From Anthoceros angustus (Eukaryota; Plantae; Anthocerotophyta), in NCBI GenBank assembly GCA_010909165.1, contig MU008156.1:930001-994000 (forward strand): a stretch of 64,000 nt of DNA, read 5' to 3'. Below, piece after piece: positions 46,826 to 63,300 of the stretch. Under the pieces are notes generated by a model, which had not been told where the DNA came from, searched no databases, and saw only the letters and a program-made list of their open reading frames with translations. The position numbers were made by a program, and so were the translations under genes. Numbering within the stretch: position 1 is the first letter of the stretch; each line of letters starts with the position of its first letter.

Positions 46826-49662
46826 TTAAGCCCCTGCCTTCCGGAGCAGAATCAGAATAGCGAGAAGTCCTCCCATGTTGGGCATCCAAGCTCCTATGAA
46901 TGGGTTGACCAGATTTAACTGCAGAACGACAGCCTTGATGTAACACTAGTCAAGCAAGATAGACAGACAGGTTCTGAAAAAATTCGAACTGTGAGATGCA
47001 TACCTGGCCGAGAAGGGCTCCGCAAACATTGACTACATAGTAGCTGAAGACTATAGCAAGCATCCACACGAATCCGACCTGCACTCCAACAGATCAATGG
47101 TGGTAAGATGGCAAGAGATTGCTTGTGGCCTGCCTTATGAAGAAAGTGTAATGCACCGAGGCGGTCAGCAATTCTGGGAAGCACCATGTGTCGCTTCCGT
47201 GGTAAGCTCAGGCTGATCAGAGATCCAACTACCCCAAAGACCAGGCAAGCGAAGGGAAGGGCCATCCTCTGATGGAGCTTCACCTGCGGCAAACACATGT
47301 TTTTACATGCAAGTATGAATTGGTATCCAAGCGTAACATCTCGTTGCACGTTAACAAGAAGTGATACGCGTTTGTCTCGTACCTTCAGCTTTCTACTCTC
47401 ACTGAGGTTCCTACTTGCATCCAGTAGCTGCTGCAATTTGATCACCTGCACTTCTTCCAAATTGTGAAATGAGCATTTTTCGACGGACAGTTCAGAGAGA
47501 CCAGAACAAGCGATGGAACCACCTCTTTGATGGTCATGTCATCAAAGTTTCGTCCATTCTGTAGTTTGGCAAGTTCCAAAGGTGCCGACGTCAGTCCTCG
47601 GAAGTCTGCAATTAGAAGCAAACAAGTACGGTGAGCAGAAGGGACCTGTACAAGTGCAACGGGACAGGAGAAATTTCAGTGACTGACTCACATCTTACGT
47701 CGAACTGGCACACAGATTGCAGAGAGTATGTAGCCAGATTAGGTGGAGAGTTAAGGGCAGGTATGTCATCTTTGCAAGGTGCATCTGACTCAGTTATCCC
47801 TTTGCTACAGCCACCCCATAGAATATCATATTCTGCACCATTCTTAAACATCCAAGCATTCCTACTTGCATCCCACGTCGAGGACTCAGCGACCACCACT
47901 CTACGTAATCTGATGCCTGTAAATCACACAGTTTGTACTCAGCAAAATAGTTGTTTTCAGCTTTGCCTACCATCTTTTTTCTGAGCATCCCCTACAGAAT
48001 TCTAATTTCAAGCCAACCTTGTTTGCGGTCGCCAGATCTGCAAGGTAACAAGGAGACGCTGGGAGAATCTACCGCCTGATGATTCCACTTGTTACAAAGC
48101 ATTCAGACAGACCTTTCAGCTATACAGAAATGACTTTCATTCAAACTTTGGTCAAGACGCATGTCATATCCAACACAGCTCCAGCAACAGCACAGGACAG
48201 CAGCAGCGGCAATACCTGCATCTCAAGAAGAGTTGCCTTCAGCAACAGTTCACCAGCAAGCCTATGAGCATAGAACAAGTGACACAAGCTGCCCTTCCTG
48301 CAGCCATACGAGCCGCAGCTTCTAACGCACTGGACAAGCTCATGTACTGAACACGAAAAATAGGGCAAAGATGAAGCACTGATTGTTGTTCAAGAGGAAC
48401 GCAGAGTCTATGCCATCCCCGTTGGGATACCTGTAGTTCAAGTAGATAACTGGCTGTGGGGGCATCTTCAACTTTACCTGTGGACATTCGACAAAACAAT
48501 AAGGGCTCCACCCAGGAATATTATACAGAACTCCTCACCTCGGCCCACACTCTCATAGCAGGTGGTCTATTCAGCTACTCCAACATGGCACCTTAAGGCT
48601 AAACATACCTGAGATGCGTCCTTTCCCTGGACGTTGACTTCAGCAGCTTCTGACTTAAGATGTTGTGCATATCTGTTTGCTTTAGGAATCACACCCTGTG
48701 AACATGCAATGCTGCCTCTATCAGGTACGCGGTTCAGTGACTGCCACTCAAGTCTGTCCCCAATAAACCACCAAACTAGCACCTCGGTGAGGAAGAGATG
48801 ACAAATGGTCACTCCAGCAAACATCACAAGTACTGGCCGGACCAGTCTCCAGGCCGTCACTCCACAGGATCTGAGAGCTGCATTATTGGTTGCGCATGTC
48901 CATAAACCAATAGTCCCATGTACACGTAAGATGAGATTCTTGCCGACCGGAAATGCGGCAAGACTAGGCAAGGAAGTTGAAGGCTAGCTCCACCTAAAAT
49001 CTCATTGTCTGCCTCCATGCGTCCAAAGGCAAGCAATGGGGCTAGCAGAGACGCAATCGGAAGGGCAAATCCAACGTAAACCTGCAACCAAACATCAAAC
49101 CAGCTACAGTCACCAAGCTGTCCGGGCTCTCTTCAACAGCTAAACAAAGTTCTTCCCAACACTCACAGGAACTCGCAAAACCAAAAACCGCACAGCAAGC
49201 AGCACGCTTGGCCATGAAACTCCATAACTTCCCACCAACGTGCCAAGTTCAGGCCCCGCACCTGATACCACATCCGAGGATACCATCTGTAAAGACGTCA
49301 CATCATTCAGACCGCCATAACTGTACATGCACAGGCGTCATCTTACCCATGAAAATCCCCATTGCAGTAGCTGCAGCAACTCCAAGAATCATAGGAGGAA
49401 CAAGCTCAGCTAAAATATAACTGTCCAGCAGAGGTATGCCATGTGCTCTGACATCAATGCACAACAACGACTCCCTTCGAGTGACTGAAGAGGTAATCCC
49501 CTGTCTAGACGAGGATCGTAAGACAGAGACATCCAGATGCTTGCACGCCAAACTCCTGGAATCTGATTGGAGACTAATCCCCATCGTCCGGTGCACAGTG
49601 CTGAAGCAGTGGGCAGAAATGGGCAAATGTGGTGCCAGAGATGGCTTGCTCAGAGCCCACAT
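46826..49662 (-). CDS. LptF/LptG (YjgP/YjgQ) family permease with probable plastid transit peptide; multi-exon
   Basis: After ~70 Ser-rich aa: LLDSYILAELVPPMILGV, ALPIASLLAPLLAFGRMEADNE, ALRSCGVTAWRLVRPVL, RMALPFACLVFGVVG, GFVWMLAIVFSYYV, GAWMPN...*. These follow the LptF/G motif order. Confidence 0.85.
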
Positions 49663-50067
49663 ACTGCATCCCAGTTCACACAGTTACAGCGAGAAAGACT
49701 TGAGGTTGGTGAACACAAGCATGTGTTCTGAATGTCAATTGGCAAAAACTATTTCAGTCCACAGCCAGGCGGAAACTGCTTGAAACATTGCAACCGAGAC
49801 TCGTAACGATTCTCAAAGTCGTCACGAGAATGGGCTCTTCCCATCACGGACTGCGTAGCAGACCTCAAAGTGGAAATGCGAAATCACCCCCAACACTTAC
49901 AGATGCCTTGCCACCTCGCTGTGACCTGATTCGATTAAGCTTAATGTTCAATTACTAATACAGCTGCTTAGGAGAGGAATCCCGCCCATGAGGCTAGGCC
50001 AACATGCCCTATTCTTAAACCCAGAACCTTGGGCTCGTGAGTTCTGTCAGTTTGTGCTGCTGTGGCC

Positions 50068-52330
50068 ATGGCGAAGGTGAGGAAGAGGAAGGACAGGACG
50101 CAGGACGTTGCCAAGCGGAAGAGGCAAAGGGGATCGTCGTCGCGCGGGCAGCGGAAAGATGATTTGTTCCATCGAAATGGAGACGAGGAGCTGGCAAGCG
50201 ATCATGAAGAGGGGAGTGAGCGGGGGGATGATGAAGTCCAGAGCGATGAGGAGGAGGAGGAGGAGGAGCAGCGGGAGAAGGATAGGGTGGAGACTGCGGA
50301 GGAGAAGAAATTGAGAGTGGCCACGGTTTATCTGGACAAGGTCCGGGAGTCTGTAGCTGCTGCTGCTGCTGAGGACGGCGGGGATGAAGCTGATAGGGAG
50401 AAAAGCAACGCAGGGAATAGGGACTCTCTGGTAGCTGACTTGCTGAAGCAGCGGCAGTTGGAGGAGAGCGGCCGAGTGCAGCGGAAGATCGCTGACAGGT
50501 ACAGCGATCTGATTGGGTGCATTGGGGCCAGATTGATGCGAATTTTGTAGAAGTTGATGTGACCGCTGAGTGCTGTGCTGCTTGTTTGCCGTTGGCATTT
50601 TTGAATGTAGGGTTGTGGAACCATCGGAAACAGGGGAGGGAAGGTATGTCGGTCGGCGGCACAGACGCACAGTTACGGCAGTTGCGTTGACGGAAGATGA
50701 TTCTAGGGGTTTCGCGGCGTCGAAGGATGGCCTCATTGTGCATTGGGATGTAGAGTCGGGGAAGAGTGAGAAGTATGAGTGGCCTAGTGGTGAAGCTTCA
50801 ACTTCAGGGAAACATGCTGGGGCCCAGTCTCATGGAAACCAAGGAAGGAAGAAGCATAGCAGTCGACATGTGTTGACAATAGCTGTTAGCTCAGATGGAA
50901 GATATCTGGCCTCCGGTGGTCTCGATCGTACAGTACACGTCTGGGACACCAGAACTCGGGAGCATATTCAGGTAATAAGTGGTTTTGTTCTGCAGCTTAG
51001 CTAGTGAAGGAAAGGTGCATCTTAGGGCAGCGTGATGTACAGAGGCAGAGCTTGACTTGGAGCTGTTGGCTCTTTGCAGGCCTTCCCTGGTCACAAAGGA
51101 GCTGTGTCTAGCTTGGCCTTCAGACTGGGGACACAGCAATTGATATCAGGGGCTTTTGATAGGACGGTAAAGTTGTGGAGTGTGGAAGACAGGGCTTATA
51201 TAGACACGCTCTATGGGCATCAGAGTGAAGTTGTCTCGATAGATTGCGTTCGTCAGGAGCGAGTGTTTTCTGCAGGTCGGGATCGAACGTTACGACTGTG
51301 GAAGGTGAGGAGCTCCCCTTTTCGTCCTGTCACCTGTTGGCCGGTCTTTGTTCAGTTTGGAGCTGGCAAGTCAACACTTTACAGACTGCTGTGAACGTTC
51401 AGTTGTCCTATGGTCCTCATGAGCGGCTATGCCTTGTTATGATTTGCTGTTGAAAACTTTGCAGGTTCCAGAAGAGACACAGCTTGTCTTTAGAGGTTAT
51501 GGTCCTTCAATGGAAAGTTGCTGCTTCTTATCAAATGGAGAATTCTTGTCAGGGTCCGATGATGGCTCTATCGCTCTCTGGAGTACGTTGCGGAAGAAGC
51601 CTGCATTCATTGTGCGTAATGCACATGGCAGCACTAGGCCTACTGATCACAGTTCTGCAGAGTCAGAAGGCTCTGAGAATCCTCTCGTTGCAGCATCCAC
51701 AAAGGGGATGGCAAATGGCTCTGCAAACGGGCATGCATGTAAGCGGAGCCTACGGTGGCTGGCAATGGTGCTCATGGGGTATTGACAACTTCAGCTCTTC
51801 CAAGTTACTAATGTGGCAATGCTGATCAGATGCAAGCGACGAGGAGCCATTACATTCAAAAACCCCCACCGTTCCCCAGGGAGCTGCGGCACAGTGGGTG
51901 GGTGCGGTTGCGGTCTGCCGTGGAAGTGACCTGGCTGCATCAGGCGCAGGTGATGGGATAGTACAACTCTGGGCTTTAGAAGACGGGAACAAGAGTATTC
52001 GACGACTGCAGGGCCTCCCCGTTGTAAGTATCAGCTATCAGCCTCATCCAGTGCAGGCCCTTTGATGTGACACCGTATCCTCACCTAAATGACTTTGTCA
52101 AGCAGAAGGGGTTTGTCAATTCTCTGAAGTTTGCGTACAGCGGCCGCTTCCTCCTTGCTGGAGTTGGCCAGGTATGCACCTCTCATTTTCTGTTCTTGCA
52201 TCCCTTGCTCCCGAAGGAACTTCTCTCACGGACCTTTTGTTTCCTGCAACAGGAGCCACGGCTTGGTAGATGGGGGTACATTCAGGGTCTCCGGAATGGA
52301 GTTGTCATGCACAACATTGATTTGTCGTAG
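50068..52330 (+). CDS. RRP9: U3 snoRNP-associated WD40 protein RRP9/U3-55K; multi-exon
   Basis: Acidic N-terminus with ETAEEKKLRVATVYL; WD40 repeats (SSDGRYLASGG, TLYGHQSEV, GRDRTLRLWK); C-terminal QEPRLGRW. Confidence 0.93.
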
Positions 52331-52941
52331 ACTTGCGTCCACTTTCTTAAATTCCCAGATTAGTCTCGATCCCGGCCTGCACTTCCCCACTGGAGAAGCT
52401 GGTTGGAGCCCGTCGTCCATGTTTATGGAATCAATTTTGGCCGAGCAGTCTCCTCCTGGCGGGATTTTGCTGTTCCAGTGTGATCCTATTCTAGACTGGA
52501 GGACTTGTGCTGTAAAATATGTTGAGTTACGTAGGTGCCACACCGGTTTGTGCAGCGTACCATTTTGGATGTGGTTTGTGGGCCAACATCGGGAGACGGG
52601 TAGGTTATCGCGGGTGCAAATGGGACCAGGAGCACGCCCTCTCAGCAGCTAACGATATCGTTTACCCGCGGGGTTTTGAAATTGGACAAGTTGCCGTCTG
52701 ATCGCTCAGGGCCACGGTAGGCGGGAATCGAAGCGGGGACGACTCACGAATCAACGCAGAGCTGGTAACGAACGAATTTGAGGAATGGGGCTGCCGTGAG
52801 CCAATGTTTCGAAGCTTCACTTCGCGTGAATGAAGTTGCCATTCTCGGATTTGTCTCTGCAGTGGCTGCGCACTTATCAAGATCACCTGAGGAGACCGCG
52901 CAGATGCTTCAATCGGCTTGGATTCTCTCATTCATCACAAT

Positions 52942-55268
<2,327 letters not shown>

Positions 55269-56447
55269 ACCATAGAGGGCGAACAACGGTTAGACAAGTG
55301 ATTTTCTCCTAACGGACAGGAAAAGTCGTAGATTGTTTGGGTGCATGTCACGTCCTGCTAATCCTCCGAACTCCTATTCCTCTCACTCAAGACAGGGTGT
55401 CGACTACTGCTCAGGTACCGCGTGCACTTTCCTCTGCATACATGGATGGCTGGCTGGTTGTGCCTTGTGCAATATAATGTATATTGCATTGCCTGGGGAA
55501 TCACCCCAGCTGCAATGTCCCATGACAGCCAGGGTCTCATCAGCAGAGCTGTACGGTACGCAGGAGCAATATGGTGAAGATGCCCAGACTGAGCATGTGA
55601 TAGTGTCACTCTGTTCACCCCAGAAAAATTAGTTTGACACTGGAAGACCTCCTGTAGAAAGAAGGGGTGACCCCCCTGCCATCCTGAAGGCCCGTCCGGG
55701 ACGGTGGGGCCGGCACCGGCATGTGATGTGTACTCGGCTGGTGCCGAAAGCTAGCTCAAGTGGAGGAGGGGCAAAGGCCATATCATGAGGATAAGGTGTT
55801 GGAGACGACTCTTATCTTAGTAGTAGTAGTAGTATGTGCCATTAGCAGACTACATACCTTCAGGTTAGCAGAGGTGACTGGGTAGCAAAAGTGAAGTGTG
55901 TGAAACTGAGATTCCGGTGGCGCAGATTCCCGGGAAGCGACTTTTTTCATCTTCGCCGGGCCCGAAGCTCGCTACCCAGGGGCAGCGATATGGTCGTTAT
56001 GTTCCGTGCAACCGCGAGCCCTACGTTAGTTAGGTCGTACAGCGGAGGTCACCAGACCCCAAAGTCGGAGTATCGTTGCCCTAATTCACTTCCGTCCAGT
56101 CAACAGAGGCAGCCTAGGGTTTTGCGGAGTTACTGGACCTGGGGTTACTGAAGCTGCGCCCTAACTTCCGCCGAAGGCTCTAGAAGTGCGATCCTATCCG
56201 TGGTAGGATCGACGGCGCAGGCGAGAGAGGAACCTTTGGGACGGTTGTGAATCGTGGATGAGCGCTGCGGAGGCTAAAGCAATTTCGGCGCATTTTATGC
56301 AGTTTTCTATTTACCGATCTTGCTCCAAATAAATAGTTTTAACTCTTCACTAGGCAACGGGAGGCTCAAAGGGGGAGGAAAGAGGGGGAAGTAAGCTCTC
56401 TCGTTGTGGGCTGAAGGCTGAACTTGGCTTGGCGTTTGTCGGCTCGC

Positions 56448-56472
56448 CTCGACTCGACTCGACTCGACTCGA
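56448..56472. repeat. (CTCGA)5 microsatellite upstream of the Caprin-like gene
   Basis: Read directly from the sequence. Confidence 0.95.
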
Positions 56473-56761
56473 CCCGCTCGGCTGCGAGCGCAAACGCAGC
56501 GCAAGGAAAGGCAGAGCGCGGAAGGGAAGGCGGACGCTGCGAGAGCGAGGGAGCGGGCGGAGTGAGGGCCGGGCTTGGAGGGCAAGCAATCGGGCGGGCA
56601 TGGATTTGTGAAGGCTTGATGGTGGGAGAGAGGGCGTGAGGAAGAGACGAGCGGGGGCGGGGCGTTGTGCGGCCCGGCGCCTGGAGGAGACGGGGGACGG
56701 GAAGGAGGGGAAAGCAAGGGGGAGAGGTTTGAGGAGGGGAGTTAGGGTAGGAGAGGGAGAA

Positions 56762-59031
56762 ATGGCGGGGGTGGAGGTGGCGCATGCCGACGAGGGCTAC
56801 GCCAACACGGGCGGGCCCAAGCACGGGCCTGTGCTCACCATGATGAGCAAGCGGCTGCGGGCGCTGAAGAAGAAGTACAACCGCATTTTGCAGATAGAAG
56901 GCAACAAGTTGGCGGGCAAGGCGGTGAACAAGGAGCAGGAGGACGTGCTCAAGACCAAGATTGCCATCGCGGCGTTGATAGACGAGTACGAGAAACTGCA
57001 ACTGCCGCTGCAGCAGGCGGTGAAGGAGGAGGTGGCGGAGCGGGAGAAGGAGTTGATGACGGCCACGCTGGAGCGGCGGGACGAGGAGGAGAGCGTGGCG
57101 GATGAGAAAGAAGCGGGAGCCGTCGGGGAGGAGCGCAAGAAGGAGGAGGTGGTGAATGCCAATTCGGCGCGGGAGGCGGGTTCGGAGGCGGAGCCTGTGG
57201 CCGCCGCGGTTCAGGACGGGGATGTCGGCGGGGAGGGGAAGGAGGAGGCGCACCCCGCAGAGCCGGAGGAGGAGCCCGCGCTGGTGCGGGACTCGCTGGC
57301 CGCGGAGGAGAGCGGGCTCAGGGACTACCAGTCCGACCAGAGCTTGAAAGAGGGCCCGTTCAAGGACGGGCTCTCGTATAATCAGATTGGGGATCTGTTG
57401 AAGCTGCTTTACTTCGCGCAGCTTTTCGACGTCCGCTCGCAGGGGGAGGCGCCGTCTTTCGTCTGGACCAGAGTGCATGAGAGAAGCTCCTGCCTGTCGT
57501 ACGATTTTGTGACTGACGATTCCACGTCGCCGTTGCTGGAGAAGGACCTGGATGCGTTGTCTCTGTTCGGGTCCTTGCTGGTGTCCCGGCCCCCGAATGT
57601 CACGCTCTCGCATAAGGAGGCGCTGGAGCGGTGCATCCATCACGCGCAGCAGTGGCTTGCCTGCTCGGAGGATGTTATCCAGGACAGCCTTAATGTTTCT
57701 TGTATCCTCCTCTGTTGTTAATGCTGTGTTTTTTTTCTTGTTTTCTCTTGTAAATGATGCTGCTTGGTTGTGTGCGTGGCTTCCGTTTGTGGATGGTTCT
57801 GCTTAACTCTCTAGGTCAGATTCTCGTTTAAGGGATCGGCTGAACAGGATACTTTCGTCCGAGTACTTCACCATGACTCCAGAGCTTCAAACTGTGAGCC
57901 AGCAAACAGCTGCCGCAGCAGCCACTGCTGCCGGCCAATATGTCACAAAGTTGGTGCATGAAGGCTCTGTCGGAAGCATTGGTGATGTTGAAGATGGCCC
58001 AGGTTATTTCACGCATCAGGTATGGCTTCTCTGCTTTTTTCGTGTACTGACCTTGAAGTCAATCCATCTGACGCTTGCTGGACCCTGCTGGTACTGAAGG
58101 GGCAACTTGTTCTGCAGGATCAGGCTCAGCAGCAATTTTATCAACCGAGGGCTGACTTCGTTCCTCCACCTCAATTAGCTGGTGCCAATGGACTACCTGT
58201 GGGGCATGTTATAGCCGCAAATGGCTCCTTTGTTCCTGAGAGCCAGGCCATTGCTGTGGATATACCTCAGGTCTGGCTTTACCAAGGCCTTTTTAGATGA
58301 CTGTTTCCGCTCTGGCTACTTGTGAACTGAGGACACTGTTTCAGCGTGGCTCTAGGCTGCTTGTATCCAATGCTGCGTTTGCTACAAGCTGCTGACCCAA
58401 CTTTGTGTGATTGAGTTGTTTTTTGATGGACAATGTTGTCTTGGTTGTTGTGAAATGACTTTGGTTGCTATTGAGACATGGATCCAGCAGGCCCCTGTAT
58501 CTGAAATGTCTGGGTCTGTCCGTTTTTTTGGTACTTTTCCCTTCTGACCTGCTTTCCGTGCCTGCTGGAGTGTCTGTGGAACAGTTTGGCAGTCATGAGG
58601 ATGTTAGTCAATCGGCCATCAGTCCAGAGGCTGCACTAGATCAAGATCAGGCACAGCTCCCGCAGGCAGCTCAGCCGCTGCAGACGCACAAAGGTCAGCA
58701 GCATCATGGTGGTCCAAGGAATGGTGGAGGCTATCAAGGAGGGCCAAGAGGTGGTCGACATGGTGGCATGGGAGGATATGGGATGGGCGGTGGAGGCAGA
58801 GGTGGCTATCCAAATGGTGGTCGTGGTGGGAGAGGAAGGGGAGGGGGCTTTCCGAATGGTGGTCGTGGGGGTTACTATGAGCAGGGCAACTATCAGGGCA
58901 GGAACCACTATAACAACGGCGGTAGAGGTGGTCGAGGTGCCAGGGGTCCTGCCGTTTACAATGGGCATGGGAACGGTCCTGCACCTTCTCCTGCACCAGC
59001 TGCAGCTGATGCTGCAGCAGGATCAGCTTGA
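56762..59031 (+). CDS. Caprin-like glycine-rich RNA-binding protein (N-terminal helical HR1-like region, C-terminal RGG boxes); multi-exon
   Basis: KRLRALKKKYNRILQIE...VNKEQ, LLKLLYFAQLFD, ERSSCLSYD; last exon rich in GGRGG/NGGRGG repeats. Confidence 0.8.
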
Positions 59032-60358
59032 AGACGCGCCATCTGGCTACCTTCGTATGTGCAAATTTTGATGTCCGCTGATCCTAGGGTGGGTCTCTGC
59101 TCAGAGCTGACGAGGTTCTCACTGTAGAATCTCTGGATAGTCATCAGGTCTTTACTTTTTTGAGGGATGCCTGCTTCGATGAAAATCGAAGCTGGGTGGC
59201 ATTGATTGCTTTACATGGTGATAGTGAAAACATTCGACCTTCTTTTTAGTCATATCCGTATGTGAAGGGTTCCCTCTCCTGTGTTTCCCGTTTACAGATA
59301 GTCATGGAGAGGGTGGTCAATAGACTTCTGTTAGTGTTATTTAATCCGGCTTTTCTGAATTGTAACATAACTTCTGCAACAGTCGTGGGAGTTGAGAGTT
59401 AGACGCTCAAAATCAGTATTAAAATTTTCCTATTGGGCCCCGAATGGGCTCACAGTTTCTTCCGTCGAAAATCTTGACTCTCAGTACCATTAGCTGCTGT
59501 AACCCCTGATTTCAAATCCTAGTAGGTACTCTTCACAGAAAGGGACTTAAACGTGTGTCGGAGAGAGGTACTGAAGTGTACAGTAGGCGATTAATGCAGG
59601 TCCTTCCCGTTAGCTCAGGGGTAATTCAAGAACGCTTCCTCAGCCACTGCGGGAGACTTTGGTCCACCCACCCAGCAGCTCACCTGCCCGATCGTTCAGC
59701 TTCTAAGGCCAGCGTCTGCGGAGCACAACTATGGCTCATTGCCCAACACATTACTGTTAAACTTGAACCCATGCACATCAGCCAGAAGACACTAAAACAC
59801 GGATCTGTCAGTGTTTAAACTGAAGCAGTACTTTTAATCATTCCCCTGACTCGTCCCTATGTCGTTCCCTATATGCCTATATGTATGTCGATCTTGGAAA
59901 CACATTAGAGAATGCAAACTGTGCACCTTAGAAGCAGCGTTACCCTCGGCAGTCTCGCTGTTACACCAGATGAGCCCAGTTTGCTTGTAACTAGAAAGAA
60001 CGTCAATTCCATCCCTCTGAAACCCCAGAGAGCAGAGTTTCTCACCTTAACGAATCAAGCCTAAGAGAAGAATCCTTGTTGTCTCGGCAATGTACAGTCT
60101 TGAATCCTGACCTAAATAAACATATAGAAGGAAAATCTCAACACTACACAACGTAGCTGGTCTAAGACTGTCACACACTGCAGGCCCATGACCGACCACT
60201 ATGCTCATACGCGCAGGGCCCAAGATGGTCAGCAGAAGCTCGTCAAGGGGAAGAACAATATATTGTTCGTGTGAAAAGACATCATCTTACAGAGTGTGCC
60301 ATGCTTTGTATCTCATATCTCGAAATCTAACCCAGAGTCGCTTGAGGTGATTTCATGG

Positions 60359-63300
60359 CTATTCACTGCGCATGGAAGAAACTGACTGCGCTGAAATTGA
60401 TGCCGTCGGACTAGCCGGATCCCGGTGCAGGCCACCAAGAGGACGACCAGCAAGGAGCCTGGTAATTGCATCATCAGCTGTGATTTGGAACCAATCGTCC
60501 TCAGGTAGCACACTGATTCACAGCCGGAGCACAATGTCAGAAAGACTGCATTGATGTGCTCCCACAAACTTGTCAGCAACATAACAACAGATCTGTTTGC
60601 TCATTCCATTTCTCTTACCTATTCGGATCCATTCCTGTCGTGGCAAATGCATTCACTGCACGCGATATGATGTCAGATACAACTTGCCGCATGTGTCGGG
60701 AAGAATACTTTCCATGAGTTGCAATTTGGATGACAAATTGCATATCCAGCACAAACTGTGGTTCACACAGGTGCTAACGTCAGCTCTGCCAAAATTTTAG
60801 TCGGCTGCATACCACAATTGCTGAGAGCTAGCTATTTTCACTGGGAAAGAGAAAGTCGGCTTACTTGCTGCAAGCCGATAGGACCTAAACCTTTGGAGCC
60901 CTCCTCAATGGCCTCCCAAAAATCTAAGTCATCTGACAGCCATATAACCACCGTTTCTAGCAGCCTCATCAATAGTAGTGTCACCACTCGATCCCTTCCA
61001 GCAAGAACATCTGTAGCAGTTTGAGCTACTGAAGTCAATTTGGCAAAGAGAGCCTGCAACATTTTCACTTTGTTATCTCATGCTTCTAGTGTCATTCAAT
61101 TCGTTGAGCTTCAAACTCCCTGACATCACAGTGAAGCTCATCTGAAATGGTTAGAACAAACCTGAAAAGGCTTCGACGGCAACGGATCATTAGCCCATTC
61201 AGCATCTCCACCATTTGCATCTAAGCTTATGTACGTCTCTGCGACCAGCTGGGCATCAGGATCTTCAGAATAGAAGACAAGTTCAAAGAACTGCTGCCTA
61301 CAATAGTAATCTCTCAGCTTATCCACAGCTCGCTGCAACCGTCTCCTCCAATCCTTTTGTTCTGGTAGTCTTGCAGCAAGAGCACTGCCTTGCCTTTCAG
61401 ACCCTCTTCGTCCTCTTGGCTCTTCTTTACTAGGTTGGTACCCAGGAGCAAGTTTCATTGCAGCTCGTGGCAGCAGCTCATCGGCCAGGGCAGCAGCATT
61501 GCCAAGTAGGGCTACCTGTTGAGCTTCAGTTTGGGCGATTCGAACATTTCTGGCATCGAGGTCCTCATTCTCAACTCCATCTTCAACTTCAGGTGCCAAT
61601 GGTACAGCTTTCATAAGCATACCAATGTATTTCTCAAATAGTTGGGCAAGACCATCCAAAGTGGGTCCGCCAAGTTGCATACTTATCAAAGGAGCTACAT
61701 CTTCCAGAAAATCCTGTGCAGTCTCAGGGGAGAGAAGTTAGCTCACGAGAATCCTTGGGGAAAGAAACCACAACAGCACATCACAGGAGATTTATTTGTA
61801 CCTGCACCATCGTATTAAACCTATGTGCACTGCTTGAAAGTTTCAGATTAGCCACAGACCCGACAGATACACCAGGTCGGTTGGTACCACGTCCAGTGCT
61901 TGGAGAGAGAGTAAGCTGCCAGTCATCAGCAGCGGCGAGTGCTGCAACACTCTCCTCTATGCGCCTAAGATTGGCCTCCAACGCCTGTTCAACACTTGGA
62001 CGCACAAGCTTAGACAAAACAGGACACAATGCTAAGCCCTGCTCCTCCAATAATGCACAGTGCCCTAGGGCAATTTGCACACACTCTGCGGCAGCCCGAA
62101 GCCCTCCTGCTGCTGCTGATGAGGACAAGACATGCTTCTTCACCAACATTGCAAAATTCTCTGTCTCATTACGAGACCACAAAACAAGCTCTGATGCATA
62201 ATCAGGCTGCTCACCAAAGACAGCCACAGAATCTCTTGCTGCTTGAGCAATGGCAGAGAACACCATTTGAGACAATGCTGCAGTGTACGCCCCACCATAT
62301 GAAGTTCCCGTGGGTCGGAGGGCCCGAATATTATGTTGCAACCGCTCATGGTGAGAATTTAATAACAAAGTATGAGCCCTGGGTCCATCCCCCAGCCTGT
62401 CTAGAGCTGCAATTGCACCACGAAGTTCAGATCCCCGGACAGATGGCTGTTGTGCAGCCTCTGCAAGCTGCTCTGACAGCCTCGCTCTGCGCTCAGTCAA
62501 GGCTTCTCGGAGATTGGCTGATGCTCGGGCCCTCCTCTCATCCCTATCAGGATCTCCAACATCCAAAACCAGCTTCTCACCTTCATCAAGAGTAGCCAGT
62601 GCCTGCTCCACCTTCCTTTCAGCCAAGAGAACATCCAACAAGTCGGGGATAGCCTCAGCACGTCTCTCAAAGTCTGTTGGTGAGAGGTCATCTAGCCCAT
62701 CCGGAGAGTCACCAAGGCTCCCTGCATTGTTTGGAAGGGAAGGTACCCCCCCTTCTGCCAAACCCTGAATGAGAGCTGCCTGTGATGACAGAAGATTTCG
62801 CATAGCCACAAGTTCACCTTCCAAATCAGAAATTTCTCGAGATGTCCTGGTGAATAGGGCAAGCCACATGATCCATTAGACACGTTCAGGTTGGAGGTGT
62901 AACTCGGTGCACCTCTCACATGCCACCTGACGCTGGACGGGAACAGTTCCTGCTCTCAGAATCTCATTTCAAATCAGGGGTGCTAAGAACGTTGCAAGCT
63001 TCCAGTTTCCCAGTGTGGCTTAGAGACGAAAAGAAGAGACGAGAGTACATCAGCATCAACCTGGGCATGCTTGAAGTCCAAGCCAGTGATACCTGATGAA
63101 AGCCGAGTAGTTCGCATAGACACTCTTCCGCATTTCCTCTGCTGATGCCTTCTTCAAATCCAGAAGCTCGGAGCATAACCGACGAATTCCCTGCAGCAAC
63201 CCCGGCATGGTGATGCTAAGAAACAGCAAAGACTTCCTATACAGAGAAGTAAGAAACAAAGACTTGGATCCAATTTGCCTTTCCTACAGAACATCCCACC

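Noticed and set aside
56189-56211. 8-bp-stem hairpin CGATCCTA...TAGGATCG
   Set aside because: Short enough to occur by chance in 64 kb; no associated element ends.
56366-57643. 425-aa minus-strand ORF
   Set aside because: Antisense shadow of the GC-rich Caprin-like first exon.
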